Shown here: in pieces, positions 30,060 through 40,790 of the stretch
How positions within the stretch are numbered: the stretch's first letter is position 1
Layout: each line of letters begins with the position of its first letter
Assembly: GCA_963841915.1 (NCBI GenBank)
Contig: CAWJEN010000006.1
Location: 1,120,001-1,184,000, forward strand
DNA: 64,000 nt
Origin: an uncultured Planctomycetota bacterium
Lineage (GTDB): Bacteria > Planctomycetota > Phycisphaerae > Tepidisphaerales > Tepidisphaeraceae
Direction of reading: 5' to 3'
The notes under the pieces: generated by a model
The model's database searches: none
What the model saw: only the letters and a program-made list of their open reading frames with translations
Told to the model about the DNA's origin: nothing
Made by a program: the position numbers and the translations under genes

Positions 30060-30089
30060 GTTGTAGCGGCCCGGCGGCAGCCGTGTCAA
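30060..30089 (-). promoter_or_regulatory. Candidate sigma-70 promoter for the giant LEPRxLL gene
   Basis: Minus strand reads TTGACA-N18-TACAAC. Confidence 0.45.
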
Positions 30090-30210
30090 CGCGACCGCGG
30101 CTTCGCCAACCCCTTGCGTCATGTCTCATAACGCCTCCCGGCTCAAGTCGCCTCCGCCCAGACATCCCCGGCGCATTGGACGCAGCCCCCCGCGACCGCT
30201 ACAAAACATC

Positions 30211-30540
30211 ATGGCCGACGCTGACAAAGCACCCGAGCTCTCCGACGCCGATGTCCGTCACGTCGCCAAGCTCGCCCGCCTGAGCCCGCCAGACGCCCAG
30301 ATTCACACCTACGGCGACCAGCTCCGCGGCATCCTCGGCTACGTCGCCAAGATCGGTCAGGTCGACGTGACCGGCGTCGAGCCGACCGCTCACGCTGTCA
30401 CCTTCACCAACGTCCTTCGCGACGACACCGTCGGCGAGGCCTTGACGGTCGACGAGGTTCTGCAGAACGCCCCCGACAGCGATTCGCCCTTCTTTAAGGT
30501 GCCCAAGGTCATCGGCGGCGACGAAGATTCGGCGGGGTAG
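30211..30540 (+). CDS. gatC: Asp/Glu-tRNA amidotransferase subunit C
   Basis: 'VRHVAKLARL', 'VDVTGVEPT', 'NVLRDD', 'FFKVPKVI'. Confidence 0.95.
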   Translation: MADADKAPELSDADVRHVAKLARLSPPDAQIHTYGDQLRGILGYVAKIGQVDVTGVEPTAHAVTFTNVLRDDTVGEALTVDEVLQNAPDSDSPFFKVPKVIGGDEDSAG

Positions 30541-30650
30541 AGCACCGGAAGTGATGAGTTGAGGAGTGATGAATGCCTGAAAGCGGCACACACGCCTCGC
30601 CTGACACACATCACACATCATTCTTCGACTCCACACTTCTCTTGCCGCCC

Positions 30651-32135
30651 ATGCCACCTGACACGATCCTTGCAGCCCGCGACGCCGTTCGCGCCCGTGA
30701 CATCTCCAGCGAGGAGCTGGTGCGGGAGTCGATCGCCCGGACGGAGCGGCTTGACGGCTCGATCAACGCCTTTGTCACCACCGATGCCGCCAGAGCTTTG
30801 AGCAAAGCCGCCGCGGTCGATGCCGGCGAGATCACCGGCCCGCTCGCCGGTGTGCCGATCGCGCTCAAGGACAACATGTGTACGAGCTGGGGCACCACGA
30901 CCTGCTCGAGCAAAATGCTCGAGAACTTCCACAGCCCGTACGACGCGACCATCGTCAAGCGGCTTGAAGCGGCCGGCGCCATCATCGTCGGCAAGTGCAA
31001 CATGGACGAGTTCGCGATGGGCTCGTCGACCGAGAACAGCGCGTTCTTTGTCACACGCAACCCTTGGGACAACAGCCGAGTGCCCGGCGGCAGCTCGGGC
31101 GGCAGCGCCGCAGCCGTCGCGGCGGGATTCGCCTGCGGCTCCCTCGGAAGCGACACCGGCGGGTCGATCCGTCAACCCGCCAGCCTCTGCGGACTCGTCG
31201 GACTCAAACCCACGTACGGCCGCGTCAGCCGGTACGGCCTCGTCGCCTTCGCCTCCTCGCTCGACCAGATCGGCCCGTTCTCCTGGACCGTCGAAGACGC
31301 CGCCCTGCTGCTCGACGTCATCGGCGGGCACGACCCGCTCGACTCGACAAGCTCCAAGTCGCCCATGCCCGACTTTGCCGCAAGCGTCAACGCGCTCGTC
31401 GAGGCCGGCGGAGCCAAAGGACTCAAGGTCGGCATCGCCAAGGAATTCACCGCCGCCGCCGGGCAGTCGGGCGGCGTCGAGCCGGAAGTGCAGAAGGCCT
31501 TCGATGCAGCGCTGGCTGTCTTGCAGGAACACGGCGCCGAAGTCGTCGACATCAGCCTGCCGCACACCGAATACGGCATTGCCGCCTACTACGTCATCGC
31601 ACCCTGCGAAGCCTCGAGCAATTTGGCCCGCTACGACGGCGTTCACTTCGGCCACCGCACGAGCAAGCCGGTCGACGACATTATCCAGCTCTTCAGCGAA
31701 AGCCGCGAAGAAGGCTTCGGGGCCGAGGTCAAACGCCGCATCATGATCGGTACGTATGCCCTGTCGAGCGGCTACTACGACGCGTACTACAACACGGCCC
31801 TGAAGGTCCGCACGCTCATCGCCCGAGACTTCGACGAGGCGTTCAAGAAGTGCGACGTCATCGCCAGCCCGACGAGCCCGTTCCCGGCGTTCCCCATCGG
31901 CGACAAGGCGGCCGACCCGCTGAGCATGTACTTGTGCGACGTCTTTACCGTCACGAGCAACATCGCCGGCAACTGCAGCATGAACGTGCCGTGCGGCTTC
32001 ACGAGCGGCGCGACACCTTTGCCCCTGGGCTTGCACCTCATCGGCCCGTCGTTCGGCGAGGAGAAGCTGCTGCAGATTGCCCGGCTTTTCGAGCATTCGA
32101 CCGATTTCCATACCCGCCGGCCGACGCTTGAGTGA
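30651..32135 (+). CDS. gatA: Asp/Glu-tRNA amidotransferase subunit A
   Basis: Amidase signature 'GGSSGGS', 'GSDTGGSIRQP', 'SSNLARYDG', 'EVKRRIMIGTY'; immediately after gatC. Confidence 0.96.
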   Translation: MPPDTILAARDAVRARDISSEELVRESIARTERLDGSINAFVTTDAARALSKAAAVDAGEITGPLAGVPIALKDNMCTSWGTTTCSSKMLENFHSPYDATIVKRLEAAGAIIVGKCNMDEFAMGSSTENSAFFVTRNPWDNSRVPGGSSGGSAAAVAAGFACGSLGSDTGGSIRQPASLCGLVGLKPTYGRVSRYGLVAFASSLDQIGPFSWTVEDAALLLDVIGGHDPLDSTSSKSPMPDFAASVNALVEAGGAKGLKVGIAKEFTAAAGQSGGVEPEVQKAFDAALAVLQEHGAEVVDISLPHTEYGIAAYYVIAPCEASSNLARYDGVHFGHRTSKPVDDIIQLFSESREEGFGAEVKRRIMIGTYALSSGYYDAYYNTALKVRTLIARDFDEAFKKCDVIASPTSPFPAFPIGDKAADPLSMYLCDVFTVTSNIAGNCSMNVPCGFTSGATPLPLGLHLIGPSFGEEKLLQIARLFEHSTDFHTRRPTLE

Positions 32136-32169
32136 GCTGCGTGTGACGCCCGAGAACACGACTGCGACG

Positions 32170-33618
32170 ATGTGGTTCGTCGTCAGCCTGTTGCTCGTTG
32201 CCGTCGCGTTGCTGTTCGTGCCGTTACCGCAGGGCGATCTGCAGGACGACGCGCCGTACTACGCGTTCGTGCCGTTGCGGATCGCGGCGACGGGCGACGT
32301 GTTTCACCTCTGGCGGTCGTGGGGCGACGACGAGCCTTACTTCAACAAGCCGCCACTGCACTTCTGGCTGACGGCGACATTCTACAAAGCGTTTGGCGTT
32401 CATCTGGCCACCGCCCGACTCGCGACCGCCCTGTCGTGGGTTGCCGTCGGAGCGACCTTGTTCGTGCTGCTTCGCAAGGTTGGCCGCTCCGCCCTCTTCG
32501 CCGCAACGGCCGTGCTGCTCGTCTTGCTCCAACGCGAGGTGTTCAAAAACACGCTCCAGGCACGCATGGACGGCGGCCTCGTGCTCGGATTTGTCGTCGC
32601 TTCGTTCGCCGCTCTACGGCTGACGGAACGCAACAAACTCGACCCGCTCGGCTGGCTTCTCCTGGGCGGCGGGATCGGCTTCGGCCTCGTCTATCGCGGC
32701 GCACCGTCGCTGATGGGCCTGATCGTCCTGGCGACGTTCTTCGCCTGGAGTCGGCCATCGTTGCTGCTGGCGTGGCGTGGGTGGCTCTTGGCGATCGTTG
32801 CGATCATGCTCGTCGGCGGGTGGTGGTTCGTCCTGCAGTGGGCGCTGTACGGCGACCTGTTTGCGGAGAAGATCGGCACCGACGCCGTCGGTCAGCACGT
32901 CGCCGCGGCAGGTGAGGCTAGCTGGATAGAGTTCGTGACGTACTACATCCGCCGAGTCCCCGAGTCGTACGCGCTTGCCATCATCCCGGCGGTGCTGGGG
33001 CTGATTCATCTGTTACGTCGCGAGCGGGCCGACGGCGAGCCACTGCTGCCACCGATCGTGAAGATGGCAATCGTCTGGTGCGTGATGTGGATCGTGCTGC
33101 TGCACCTGTCGCCGCGGCAGAATGCTCGGTACGCCCTGCCGTTGACGCCGTGGCTGGCGATCGTGGGGGCGATCGGCCTGACCGCGTGGGTTCCGTTGGC
33201 AAACGCGTGGGCGAGAGTGCTGCCGTTCGTCGGCCCCGTCGTGTTGGCGGTCGCCTCGGCTTGACCGTTCTTCGGCGACGGACTGGCCGAGACACGCGAC
33301 GACGCCCTGCTCGCCGCTGCCCCGCAGGTTCGCCGAGCCGTCGGCGCAACGAACCGCCCCACGGTCCCGCCGCAGTCGCCGGTGGTGCATCTTTACGACG
33401 AGTCGCTCAGCGCCGCGTCCAGAAGATGGACGCCATCGCCGTCTACACCGGTGCCCGCGTCGTCCGCACGAAAGCCGATGCGTTGGAAACGCGCAGCCAG
33501 GCGACTTCTTTGCGGTCTTTGCCGACGACGACAAGCCGGCCGAGCTTCGGCACGCTGCACGGTCGAGCTGCTTGCCTCGGACAAGCGTTGGAGCGTCTAC
33601 GTCGTGACGAGCGAGTGA
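32170..33618 (+). CDS. ArnT/PMT-family (GT-C) glycosyltransferase; C-terminal part interrupted by a TGA at 33262 and several frameshifts
   Basis: 'YFNKPPLHFWL', 'ARMD', multiple TMs, 'RYALP'. Reading continues in-frame after TGA 33262 (PFFGDGLAE...) and through shifted frames to 33618. Confidence 0.75.
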
Positions 33619-33621
33619 AGC

Positions 33622-34697
33622 TCAGGCCCGCAGGATCACCGCGTCGCTCACATCGAACTCTGCCGCAACGGCGGCGTCGACTTCGAGATCGAATCGTGGC
33701 GGCGCGACGATGAGCTTGAGCGGTTCGGCCTTGTCGCCGCCGACCATGGTGTGCTCGCTGGCTTCGCCGAGGAAGGTCGTGTCGCGAATGATGCCCTCGA
33801 CGCGGTTGTCCCGACCGGATGCGGTGCCGTTGACGAGCCGCATCTGTTCCGGGCGGACGCTGACGATGACATCGCCGCCGCCTTCGATGGCTTCGACGGC
33901 CTTGCCGCGCAAGCGGCCGAAGCTGGTCGTCCACGGTCAGCGACGGCGTCATCCGAGGCTCACGATCTTGCCGCGGATAAGATTGGTCTGGCCGACGAAG
34001 TCGGCGACGAACGTCGACTTGGGCCGATGATACAGCTCGCCCGGGCTGCCGATCTGGGCGACGCGGCCGTCCTTCAGCACGGCTATGCGGTCGGCGACGC
34101 TCAGCGCCTCCTTCTGATCGTGCGTGACGTAGATCGTCGTCAAACCGCTGGCCTTGCAGATGCGGCGGATCTCGCTGCGCATTTCGTGGCGTAGCTTGGC
34201 ATCGAGGTTCGACAACGGCTCATCGAGCAACAAGCACGTCCGGCTCGACGGCAATCGCCCGCGCCAGGGCCACGCGTTGCTGCTGACCGCCGGAGAGCTG
34301 GTTGGGCTTGCGGTCGGCATAAGGCGTCATCTGGACGAGCTCGAGCACCTCATCGATCTTGGCCTTGCCTGCCGCCCCGCTGACGCCCTTGACGTCGAGG
34401 CCGAACTTGACGTTGTCCCGCACGGTCATGTGCGGCCACAGCGCGTAGCTCTGGAAGCACATGACGGCGTTGCGTTTGTCCGTGCCGAGATTGGTGACGT
34501 CCTTGCTCGCCGAACAGGATGCGGCCCTCACTCGGCTCGTGCAGCCCCGCGATGAGTCGCAGCAGTGTGCTCTTGCCGCAACCCGATGGCCCGAGCAGGA
34601 AGAACAGTTCGCCGGCGTTGATGGTCAGCGACGTGTCGTCGAGGGCAACGGTCTCGCCGAAGCGTTTGGTGACGTGATCGAGCGTGACGGGAGTCAT
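33622..34697 (-). CDS. ABC transporter ATP-binding protein (PotA/FbpC-like, TOBE domain), apparently frameshifted three times
   Basis: Walker A 'GPSGCGKST', '[10 protein letters not shown]', signature '[14 protein letters not shown]', Walker B '[11 protein letters not shown]' and 'YVTHDQKEA' lie in different frames (shifts near 34510, 34235 and 33940). Confidence 0.85.
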
Positions 34698-34748
34698 GGG
34701 CGGCGAAGTGTAACCGCGCTCCCGCGGCGACGCATTATGATCGGGACA

Positions 34749-34817
34749 GCGAGCCCAAGCGTGAGCGAGGGGTTCTGGACGAGTGATCAGAACCCCTCGC
34801 TCACGCTTGGGGCTCGC
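34749..34817. repeat. REP-like palindrome (intergenic copy of the element found inside crtI)
   Basis: GCGAGCCCAAGCGTGAGCGAGGGGTTCTG ... CAGAACCCCTCGCTCACGCTTGGGGCTCGC, a near-perfect 29/30-bp IR. Confidence 0.85.
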
Positions 34818-34837
34818 GACGGTTATGATGCTGCGCG

Positions 34838-35677
34838 ATGCCCGAGACGATCGAGTACGCCACGCCCGCCGAGCCGTTGCCGAAGGACCCGATTCCGTTG
34901 CCACGACGCCTCGCGGCGGAGGCGGTGGGGACGTTTCTGATGGTCTTCTTCGGCTGCGGCGCGATGGCCGTCGACGCGGCGTACGGCGGCGCGATCGGGC
35001 ACGTCGGCATCGGCATCGTCTGGGGCGTCGTGGTGATGGCCCTCATCTACGCCCTCGGCGACGTCGGCGGCGCCCACTTCAACCCGGCCGTCAGCTTCGC
35101 CTTCTGGCTCAGCGGCCGGTTCCCCGGCAAGGACGCGCTGGCGTACAGCGGCGTGCAGGTCGTCTGCGCGACGTTGGCGGCTTCTTCCTGCTGGCGTCGT
35201 TTCCTTGGTCCCAAGACCTCGGGCAGACGAATCCTGCACAAGCCGCAGTACGCGGAGTTGGTCGACGGGATTTCGGTCACTGACGGTGGACGTCGCCGCG
35301 CGGCTGGACGCCGGCGACTACCCGTTCGCGACAACATTGGGTTCCAGCCCATCTACACCGTCGGCCGCGCCTTCGCCTTCGAGATCGTCCTGACCTTCGC
35401 CCTCGTCTTCGTGATCCTCTGCGTCGCCGTCGGCAGCAAGGAGCGCGGCCTCATGGCCGGCATCGCGATCGGCGGGACGGTGGGCATCTGCGCCCTGGCC
35501 GCCGGGCCGGTCTGTCGGGCGAGCATGAACCCCGCCCGCTCCATCGGCCCGGCCATCGCGGCCCTCGACTTCCAGTACCTGTGGCTCTACTGCGTCGCCC
35601 CCATCATCGGCGCCGCCCTCGCGGTTGGGGCATGGACCTATATCTACCGCCACCCACGGCCGAGTCGGATGATCTGA
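34838..35677 (+). CDS. MIP/aquaporin (NIP/AqpS-like) channel; central part probably has compensating frameshifts
   Basis: 'AEAVGTF', two NPA motifs ('HFNPAVS', '[10 protein letters not shown]'). The expected '[15 protein letters not shown]' segment reads in an alternative frame near 35180-35240. Confidence 0.88.
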   Translation: MPETIEYATPAEPLPKDPIPLPRRLAAEAVGTFLMVFFGCGAMAVDAAYGGAIGHVGIGIVWGVVVMALIYALGDVGGAHFNPAVSFAFWLSGRFPGKDALAYSGVQVVCATLAASSCWRRFLGPKTSGRRILHKPQYAELVDGISVTDGGRRRAAGRRRLPVRDNIGFQPIYTVGRAFAFEIVLTFALVFVILCVAVGSKERGLMAGIAIGGTVGICALAAGPVCRASMNPARSIGPAIAALDFQYLWLYCVAPIIGAALAVGAWTYIYRHPRPSRMI

Positions 35678-35678
35678 G

Positions 35679-35803
35679 TCAGAAGCGCGAAGTTGCAAAG
35701 AGGCGAAGCCGGAGCGAAGCAGACAGGAGGGTCAAAGGCCAAAGCCCAACCCCACTTCTGCACTTCGCTCCGGCTTCGCCTCTTCGCGACTTCGCGTTTC
35801 TGA
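35679..35803. repeat. Long GCGAAG-rich inverted repeat between convergent aquaporin and tadC genes
   Basis: 41-bp arms (35679-35719 / 35763-35803) with 3 mismatches. Confidence 0.8.
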
Positions 35804-35814
35804 TTCCGCCTTCT

Positions 35815-36779
35815 TCACCCGCCGAAGAAGCCGCTTTCCTTCATCTTCAAGACGACCGGGCCGGCCATGACGATGAAGCTGGCCGGGAAGATGAACAGCA
35901 CCAGCGGGAACGTCAGCTTGACGCTCGCCTTGGCGGCAGCCTCCTCGGCCTGGCTTTGGCGCTTTTGCCGCAAACCGTCCGCCTGGATCCGCAGGGCCTT
36001 GGCGATGCTCGTGCCGAACCGCTCGGCCTGGCAGAGCATCGCCGCGAGGCTTTGCAGCGGGACGAAGTCGGTCCGGTCGCCGAGGTTGCGCAGGGCCTGC
36101 TGGCGGTGGACGCCGACGCGGGTTTCCATGTGGCAGATGCTGAACTCGCGGCTGATGACCGGGTGGGCCAGCGCCAGTTCCTCGCCGACGCGTTGCATGG
36201 CCGAGTCGATGGTGAGGCCGGCCTCGACACAGACGACCATGAGGTCGAGCCCGTCGGGCAGGCCGACGGAGAGCTCGCGTTTGTTGCTTTTGATCTTCTT
36301 TTTCAGCCAGAGCATCGGGGCCATGTAGCCCACGCCGCCTGCCATGGCGGTGGTGAACATGGTGTCGTAGCCGAGGGCGGAGCCGATGAGGAAGCCGAAG
36401 CCTGCGCCACCGATGCCGAAGCCGACGCGGGCGGCCATGAGCAATCGGGCGGCGTCGGCTTGGTAGATGCCGGCCTGGATGAGCTTGCGTCGAAGGTCGA
36501 GGCGGCGTTGCTCGCTCTTGGCGTCGCCGTCTTTGCCTTTGAAGAACAGGTGGCTGAGCCGCTTGCCGAGCTGCCCGACAAAGCCGCTGAACCTTTCGGC
36601 AGCTCCGCTTCGCCGACGTTGTTGCCGAACTCGCGGCGGAGACGGTTGCGCAGGTGCGCTTCGTGTTTACCGGCTGACGCCAGTTGGGTCAGGCCGTAGC
36701 AACCGGCGGCGGTCGCCAGTCCTGCCGTGGCGGCAAAGGCACCGGCGAACAGCTCGGGCGTCATGGGGAAGTCGAACAT
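35815..36779 (-). CDS. tadC: Tad pilus inner-membrane platform protein TadC (one apparent frameshift near 36595)
   Basis: 'LPDGLDLMVVCVEAGL', 'QAERFGTSI..ALR', 'AEEAAAKASVKLTFPL'. The N-terminal TM is in another frame. Confidence 0.88.
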
Positions 36780-36801
36780 GGAGTCTCTTTCAAGGCGCGT
36801 C

Positions 36802-37782
36802 TCAGACGCGGACGGCGGTGATCTTGCGGATAACGAACAGGCCCATGCCCGACAACAGCAGCGTTGCACCCAGCATCAGTCGGCCCTCGAAGGTGTCGGT
36901 CAGCACGCTCGTGTTCTCCGGCGACATGACGTAGAGCATGACGAACATGACCAGCGGAAACGCTGCCAGAATCATGCCGGTGAAGCGACCTTCGGCCGTC
37001 TTGGCTTTCACCTGGTTTTCGAGCTGGATCCGCATGCGGAGCATGCCGGTGATGTTGTCCAGTACCTGCGCAAGGTCGCCACCCGTCTGACGCTGCACGA
37101 GCACGGCTGTGACGAAGAAGGCAAAGTCGGTCGACTCGATCCGCTCGGTCATGTCTTTGAGTGCGGCATCGGGGGCCGTGCCGAGGCTGATCTGGTCGTG
37201 GCACCGGCCGAACTCGTCGCGGAGCGGGACCGGCAACTCGTTGCCCATCATGCTCAAGCCGACCGGCAGGCTGTGACCGGCCCGTAGGCTTCGGCCCAGG
37301 AAGTCGAGGCCGTCGGGTAGCTGCTCGCTGATCATCCGCTGACGCTTGAGCCGACGACGGGCCAGGTACATGAACGGCAGGTAAGCTCCGAAGATCATGC
37401 CGATGCCCGCTGCCAGGAACGAGCCGCGGAACGTAAACAGGATCATGCCGACGACGAAGGCAACCGCGGCGACGACGCCAAGGAACTTCTCCGGCGACAG
37501 GTCGGGGAATGCCTGCTTGAGCGACGCCTGAAGCTCGCGCGTCAGGCTGAACTTCGAGAGGATCTTGCGAAGGGCCGACGTTTCGTCGACGACGAGCAGC
37601 GTTGCTTCACCGTCATCGTCACCGGCTTTAGTTTCTGTTGCCGGCTGACCGGTAAGCCGCTGGCGAAGACGGTGCCGGGCTTGGCCACTGCCGAACACGG
37701 TCCAGCCGCCCCACAGGGCAGTCGTGACCGCGCCGAATAAGGCAACGGCAAAGAGAATTCGAAGGATCAGGTCAACCCACAT
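36802..37782 (-). CDS. tadB: Tad pilus protein TadB
   Basis: 'QLPDGLDFLGRSLRAGHSL', 'QRQTGGDL..VL', 'AKTAEGR'. Confidence 0.92.
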   Translation of the reverse strand: MWVDLILRILFAVALFGAVTTALWGGWTVFGSGQARHRLRQRLTGQPATETKAGDDDGEATLLVVDETSALRKILSKFSLTRELQASLKQAFPDLSPEKFLGVVAAVAFVVGMILFTFRGSFLAAGIGMIFGAYLPFMYLARRRLKRQRMISEQLPDGLDFLGRSLRAGHSLPVGLSMMGNELPVPLRDEFGRCHDQISLGTAPDAALKDMTERIESTDFAFFVTAVLVQRQTGGDLAQVLDNITGMLRMRIQLENQVKAKTAEGRFTGMILAAFPLVMFVMLYVMSPENTSVLTDTFEGRLMLGATLLLSGMGLFVIRKITAVRV

Positions 37783-37830
37783 GGCGGTGGTACTTTCTGG
37801 GGGCGTGGCGTGTGGCAGACGGCGTCGGGT

Positions 37831-39342
37831 TCAGAACGAGAGCTTGCGTGCCGCAAAGGTGTCGGAGGGCAGGCGGAGGCCGCGGTGCTGGATGCGCTCG
37901 AGCGCCATCGGACGAATGCCGTGGCACACGAAGTCACCCTCGGCGTTTCCGTCCGTATCCACGCCGGTCTGCTCGAAGGTGAACAGGTTCTGCATCTGAA
38001 TCGTGTCGCCTTCCATGCCGCCGATTTCACTGACATAGGTGACTTTTCGCTTGCCGCCGGCCAGGCGTGACGCCTGGACGACGATGTTGACCGCGCTGCA
38101 GATCTGCTGACGAAGCGCACGCGTCGGGATGTCGTAACCGGCCATCGCGACGAGCACTTCGAGGCGACTCAGTGCGTCACGCGGCGTGTTGGCGTGGACG
38201 GTGGTCATCGAACCGTCGTGGCCCGTGTTCATGGCCTGCAGCATGTCGATCGCCTCGCTGCCGCGAGTTTCACCGATGATGATGCGGTCGGGCCGCATAC
38301 GCAGCGAGTTCTTGACGAGGTCGCGTGCGGTGACTTCGCCCTTGCCTTCGATGTTGGCCGGGCGGGTCTCGAGTCGTACGACGTGCGGCTGTTGCAGCTG
38401 CAATTCGGCGGCGTCTTCACAGGTGATGACGCGCTCGCCCAGCGGGATGTAGCGGCTCAAGCAGTTGAGCAACGTCGTCTTACCCGAGCCGGTACCGCCG
38501 GAGATGATGACATTGCAGCGGGCTTGCACGGCGGCGGACAGGAAGTCCATCACGACGGGCGGGAACGCTTCAGCGCGAATGAGGTCTTCGAGCTGCAACG
38601 GCTTGGAGCCGAAGCGGCGAATGCTCATCGAGCTGCCGTCGAGCGCCAGCGGCGGAATGATCGCGTTGACGCGGCTGCCGTCGGGCAGGCGGGCGTCGAC
38701 CATCGGGCTCGTCTCGTCGACCCGGCGACCAATGCCGGCGACGATGCGGTCGATGATCTGGCGAAGGTGCGCTTCGTCGCGGAAGACGGTCTCGCTGACC
38801 GAGAGTCGGCCTTTGCGTTCGACGTAGATCTGGTCGTGGCGATTGACGAGAATGTCGCTGACGTCCTTATCTTTGAGGATTGCCTCCAGCGGGCCGAAGC
38901 CGAAAGTTTCGTCGAGCACCTCTTCGACGAGCTTTTCCTGTTCGCTACCGGTGATGAGGTTCTTCTCAGCTCCGGCCATTTCGCGGACGAGCTGACGCAC
39001 TTCCTTGCGGACGAGTTCCGACTTCATCTTGCGCATCGTCGCCATGTCGAGGCGGTCGATGAGCTGCTTGTGGATGCGGGTCTTGAGGTCCTCGAACTTG
39101 CTCTGCCGCTCGGAGTTGTTGTTGCGGACGAGCGACGCACGCGGCGCGGCCACGGCTGCAACGGCGGCAGGCTTAAATTCCGCTTCGCTCACCTCCGGCA
39201 CCGGGGCGGGAGCTTGCATGGGCGCGGCCTGCTGAACCGCAGGTGACCGGGCGTGATCGTCCGGATCGCTCGGAGCCTGCGGCAGACCGACGACCGAGTT
39301 GGGATCGAGCGTGGTCGGGGCGGATTTGGTGAAGAGTCCCAT
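37831..39342 (-). CDS. cpaF: Tad pilus assembly ATPase CpaF/TadA
   Basis: '[13 protein letters not shown]', Walker A 'GGTGSGKTT', '[12 protein letters not shown]', 'MNTGHDGS'. Confidence 0.96.
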   Translation of the reverse strand: MGLFTKSAPTTLDPNSVVGLPQAPSDPDDHARSPAVQQAAPMQAPAPVPEVSEAEFKPAAVAAVAAPRASLVRNNNSERQSKFEDLKTRIHKQLIDRLDMATMRKMKSELVRKEVRQLVREMAGAEKNLITGSEQEKLVEEVLDETFGFGPLEAILKDKDVSDILVNRHDQIYVERKGRLSVSETVFRDEAHLRQIIDRIVAGIGRRVDETSPMVDARLPDGSRVNAIIPPLALDGSSMSIRRFGSKPLQLEDLIRAEAFPPVVMDFLSAAVQARCNVIISGGTGSGKTTLLNCLSRYIPLGERVITCEDAAELQLQQPHVVRLETRPANIEGKGEVTARDLVKNSLRMRPDRIIIGETRGSEAIDMLQAMNTGHDGSMTTVHANTPRDALSRLEVLVAMAGYDIPTRALRQQICSAVNIVVQASRLAGGKRKVTYVSEIGGMEGDTIQMQNLFTFEQTGVDTDGNAEGDFVCHGIRPMALERIQHRGLRLPSDTFAARKLSF

Positions 39343-39394
39343 AGTCTTTGGTTCAGGCGGAGGTGCGGATCAGGTTCTGGCCGGAGTCGATCAG

Positions 39395-40564
39395 TCAGGC
39401 GGCGCGGCGGAGCTTGGACTTCTTCTCACCCGCAGCAGCCGAAGCACGGCTTTTGACCAGGTCGTCGGAAATCTTCGTCAACGCGAGGCTCATCTCGGCT
39501 CGCGGCTGACGGATCACCGCCGGCTCGCCGTAGTTAATGGCGGCTATGGCCGTTTTGAAGTCGTTCGGTACCGTGTAGGCGATGTCGAGGCCAAGAGCCC
39601 GCTCGACTTCACCGGGCGCGATGTCCCAGCCACGCTTGACGAAGCGGTTGACGATGACCTTGATGCGGGTCGACTCGATGCCGCTGCGACGCAAGGCCGC
39701 GACGTATCGCTCGGCGTTCTTGGCCGACGGAACGTTGAGCTGCATCGTCAGGAGCGTCACGTCGCTGGCGGCGACGGCGGTCGAGTAGATCGGGTCCATG
39801 CTCATCACGCCGTCGATGACGACGTAGTCGTTCATACGGGCCAGCAGGCCGATGAGCTTTTGCACGCCGGTCTGGCTGACCCGCTGTGTTTCTTCGATCA
39901 TGTCGGGCCGACCGAGAATGCGTAGGCCGGTCTTGTCGTGGGTGATGAGCGCGTTCTCGACGATCTGCTGGTCGACGCGATCACTCGACTCCATCACGTC
40001 GGCAATCGTGTAGCTGGGCCGCACGTCAAAGGCACCGGCCACATCGCCGCGAACCAGGTCGAGGTCGATCAGGACCGTGCGATATCCCTGGGCCGCGAGG
40101 CTGGAGGCCACGTTGCATGCGATCGTGGTGCTGCCGCAACCGCCGGTCGAGGGAACGACCTGAATCACGCGGGCGCGGTGCCCTTCTCCATGGCTTGCGG
40201 CTAGACGCTCCAAGGCATCTTTGAGCACCTGCTCGGTCATCGGCAGCGGGATGAACTCCCGAACGCCAAGACTCATCGACCGCATCAACAGCTGCGGGTC
40301 GAGCACCTGACTCATCGCGAAGAACGCGACCTGCGGGTGCGACCGCGGAAGGTGCTGCATCGACAGCAGCATGTCAGCCGCGTCGGGGTCGAGGTTGACG
40401 AGCACGACCTGTGGCTTTTCACCGCCGTCAAGTGCCGCCTGCATGGTGGCGACGTCACTGGCCTGGCCCACCACGGTCAGCCCGAAACCGGCAAGTACCT
40501 GAGCAAGCTCCTCGCGATTCTGTTGATCCGAGTCGACAATGTAAGCTGAAAGTTGAATGAACAT
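39395..40564 (-). CDS. cpaE: Tad pilus localisation ATPase CpaE/TadZ with N-terminal receiver-like domain
   Basis: Receiver-like N-terminus; deviant Walker A 'STGGCGSTTIA', 'LIDLDL..GD', 'AINYGEP'. Confidence 0.88.
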   Translation of the reverse strand: MFIQLSAYIVDSDQQNREELAQVLAGFGLTVVGQASDVATMQAALDGGEKPQVVLVNLDPDAADMLLSMQHLPRSHPQVAFFAMSQVLDPQLLMRSMSLGVREFIPLPMTEQVLKDALERLAASHGEGHRARVIQVVPSTGGCGSTTIACNVASSLAAQGYRTVLIDLDLVRGDVAGAFDVRPSYTIADVMESSDRVDQQIVENALITHDKTGLRILGRPDMIEETQRVSQTGVQKLIGLLARMNDYVVIDGVMSMDPIYSTAVAASDVTLLTMQLNVPSAKNAERYVAALRRSGIESTRIKVIVNRFVKRGWDIAPGEVERALGLDIAYTVPNDFKTAIAAINYGEPAVIRQPRAEMSLALTKISDDLVKSRASAAAGEKKSKLRRAA

Positions 40565-40790
40565 GGCGTGAGGTGGAGGTGGACAGGGAGATGTTGTGCC
40601 CCGGGACGCGTAGCGCCCTGTTGACGTAGTCGGCTGGTAGAGGCCGCAACTTTGCTTGAATGGCAAAGACAAGTGATATTTCTTCGACGGTCAGAACGGT
40701 TGGCAGCCCGTGCCTCCCTCAACGACAACCGCGGCCCGACCTCTGGGGTCGGGCCGCGGCCACGGGGACATCCTGTCCAATCTGCGTTGT

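Noticed and set aside
30548..30630. GTGATGA/CATCAC-rich stretch between gatC and gatA
   Set aside because: Only a weak, degenerate inverted repeat; cannot be assigned to an element or RNA.
33262..33264. In-frame TGA in the glycosyltransferase as selenocysteine or an alternative genetic code
   Set aside because: TGA is a normal stop throughout the window, and the site lies in the error-rich stretch; a TGG-to-TGA error or mutation is simpler.
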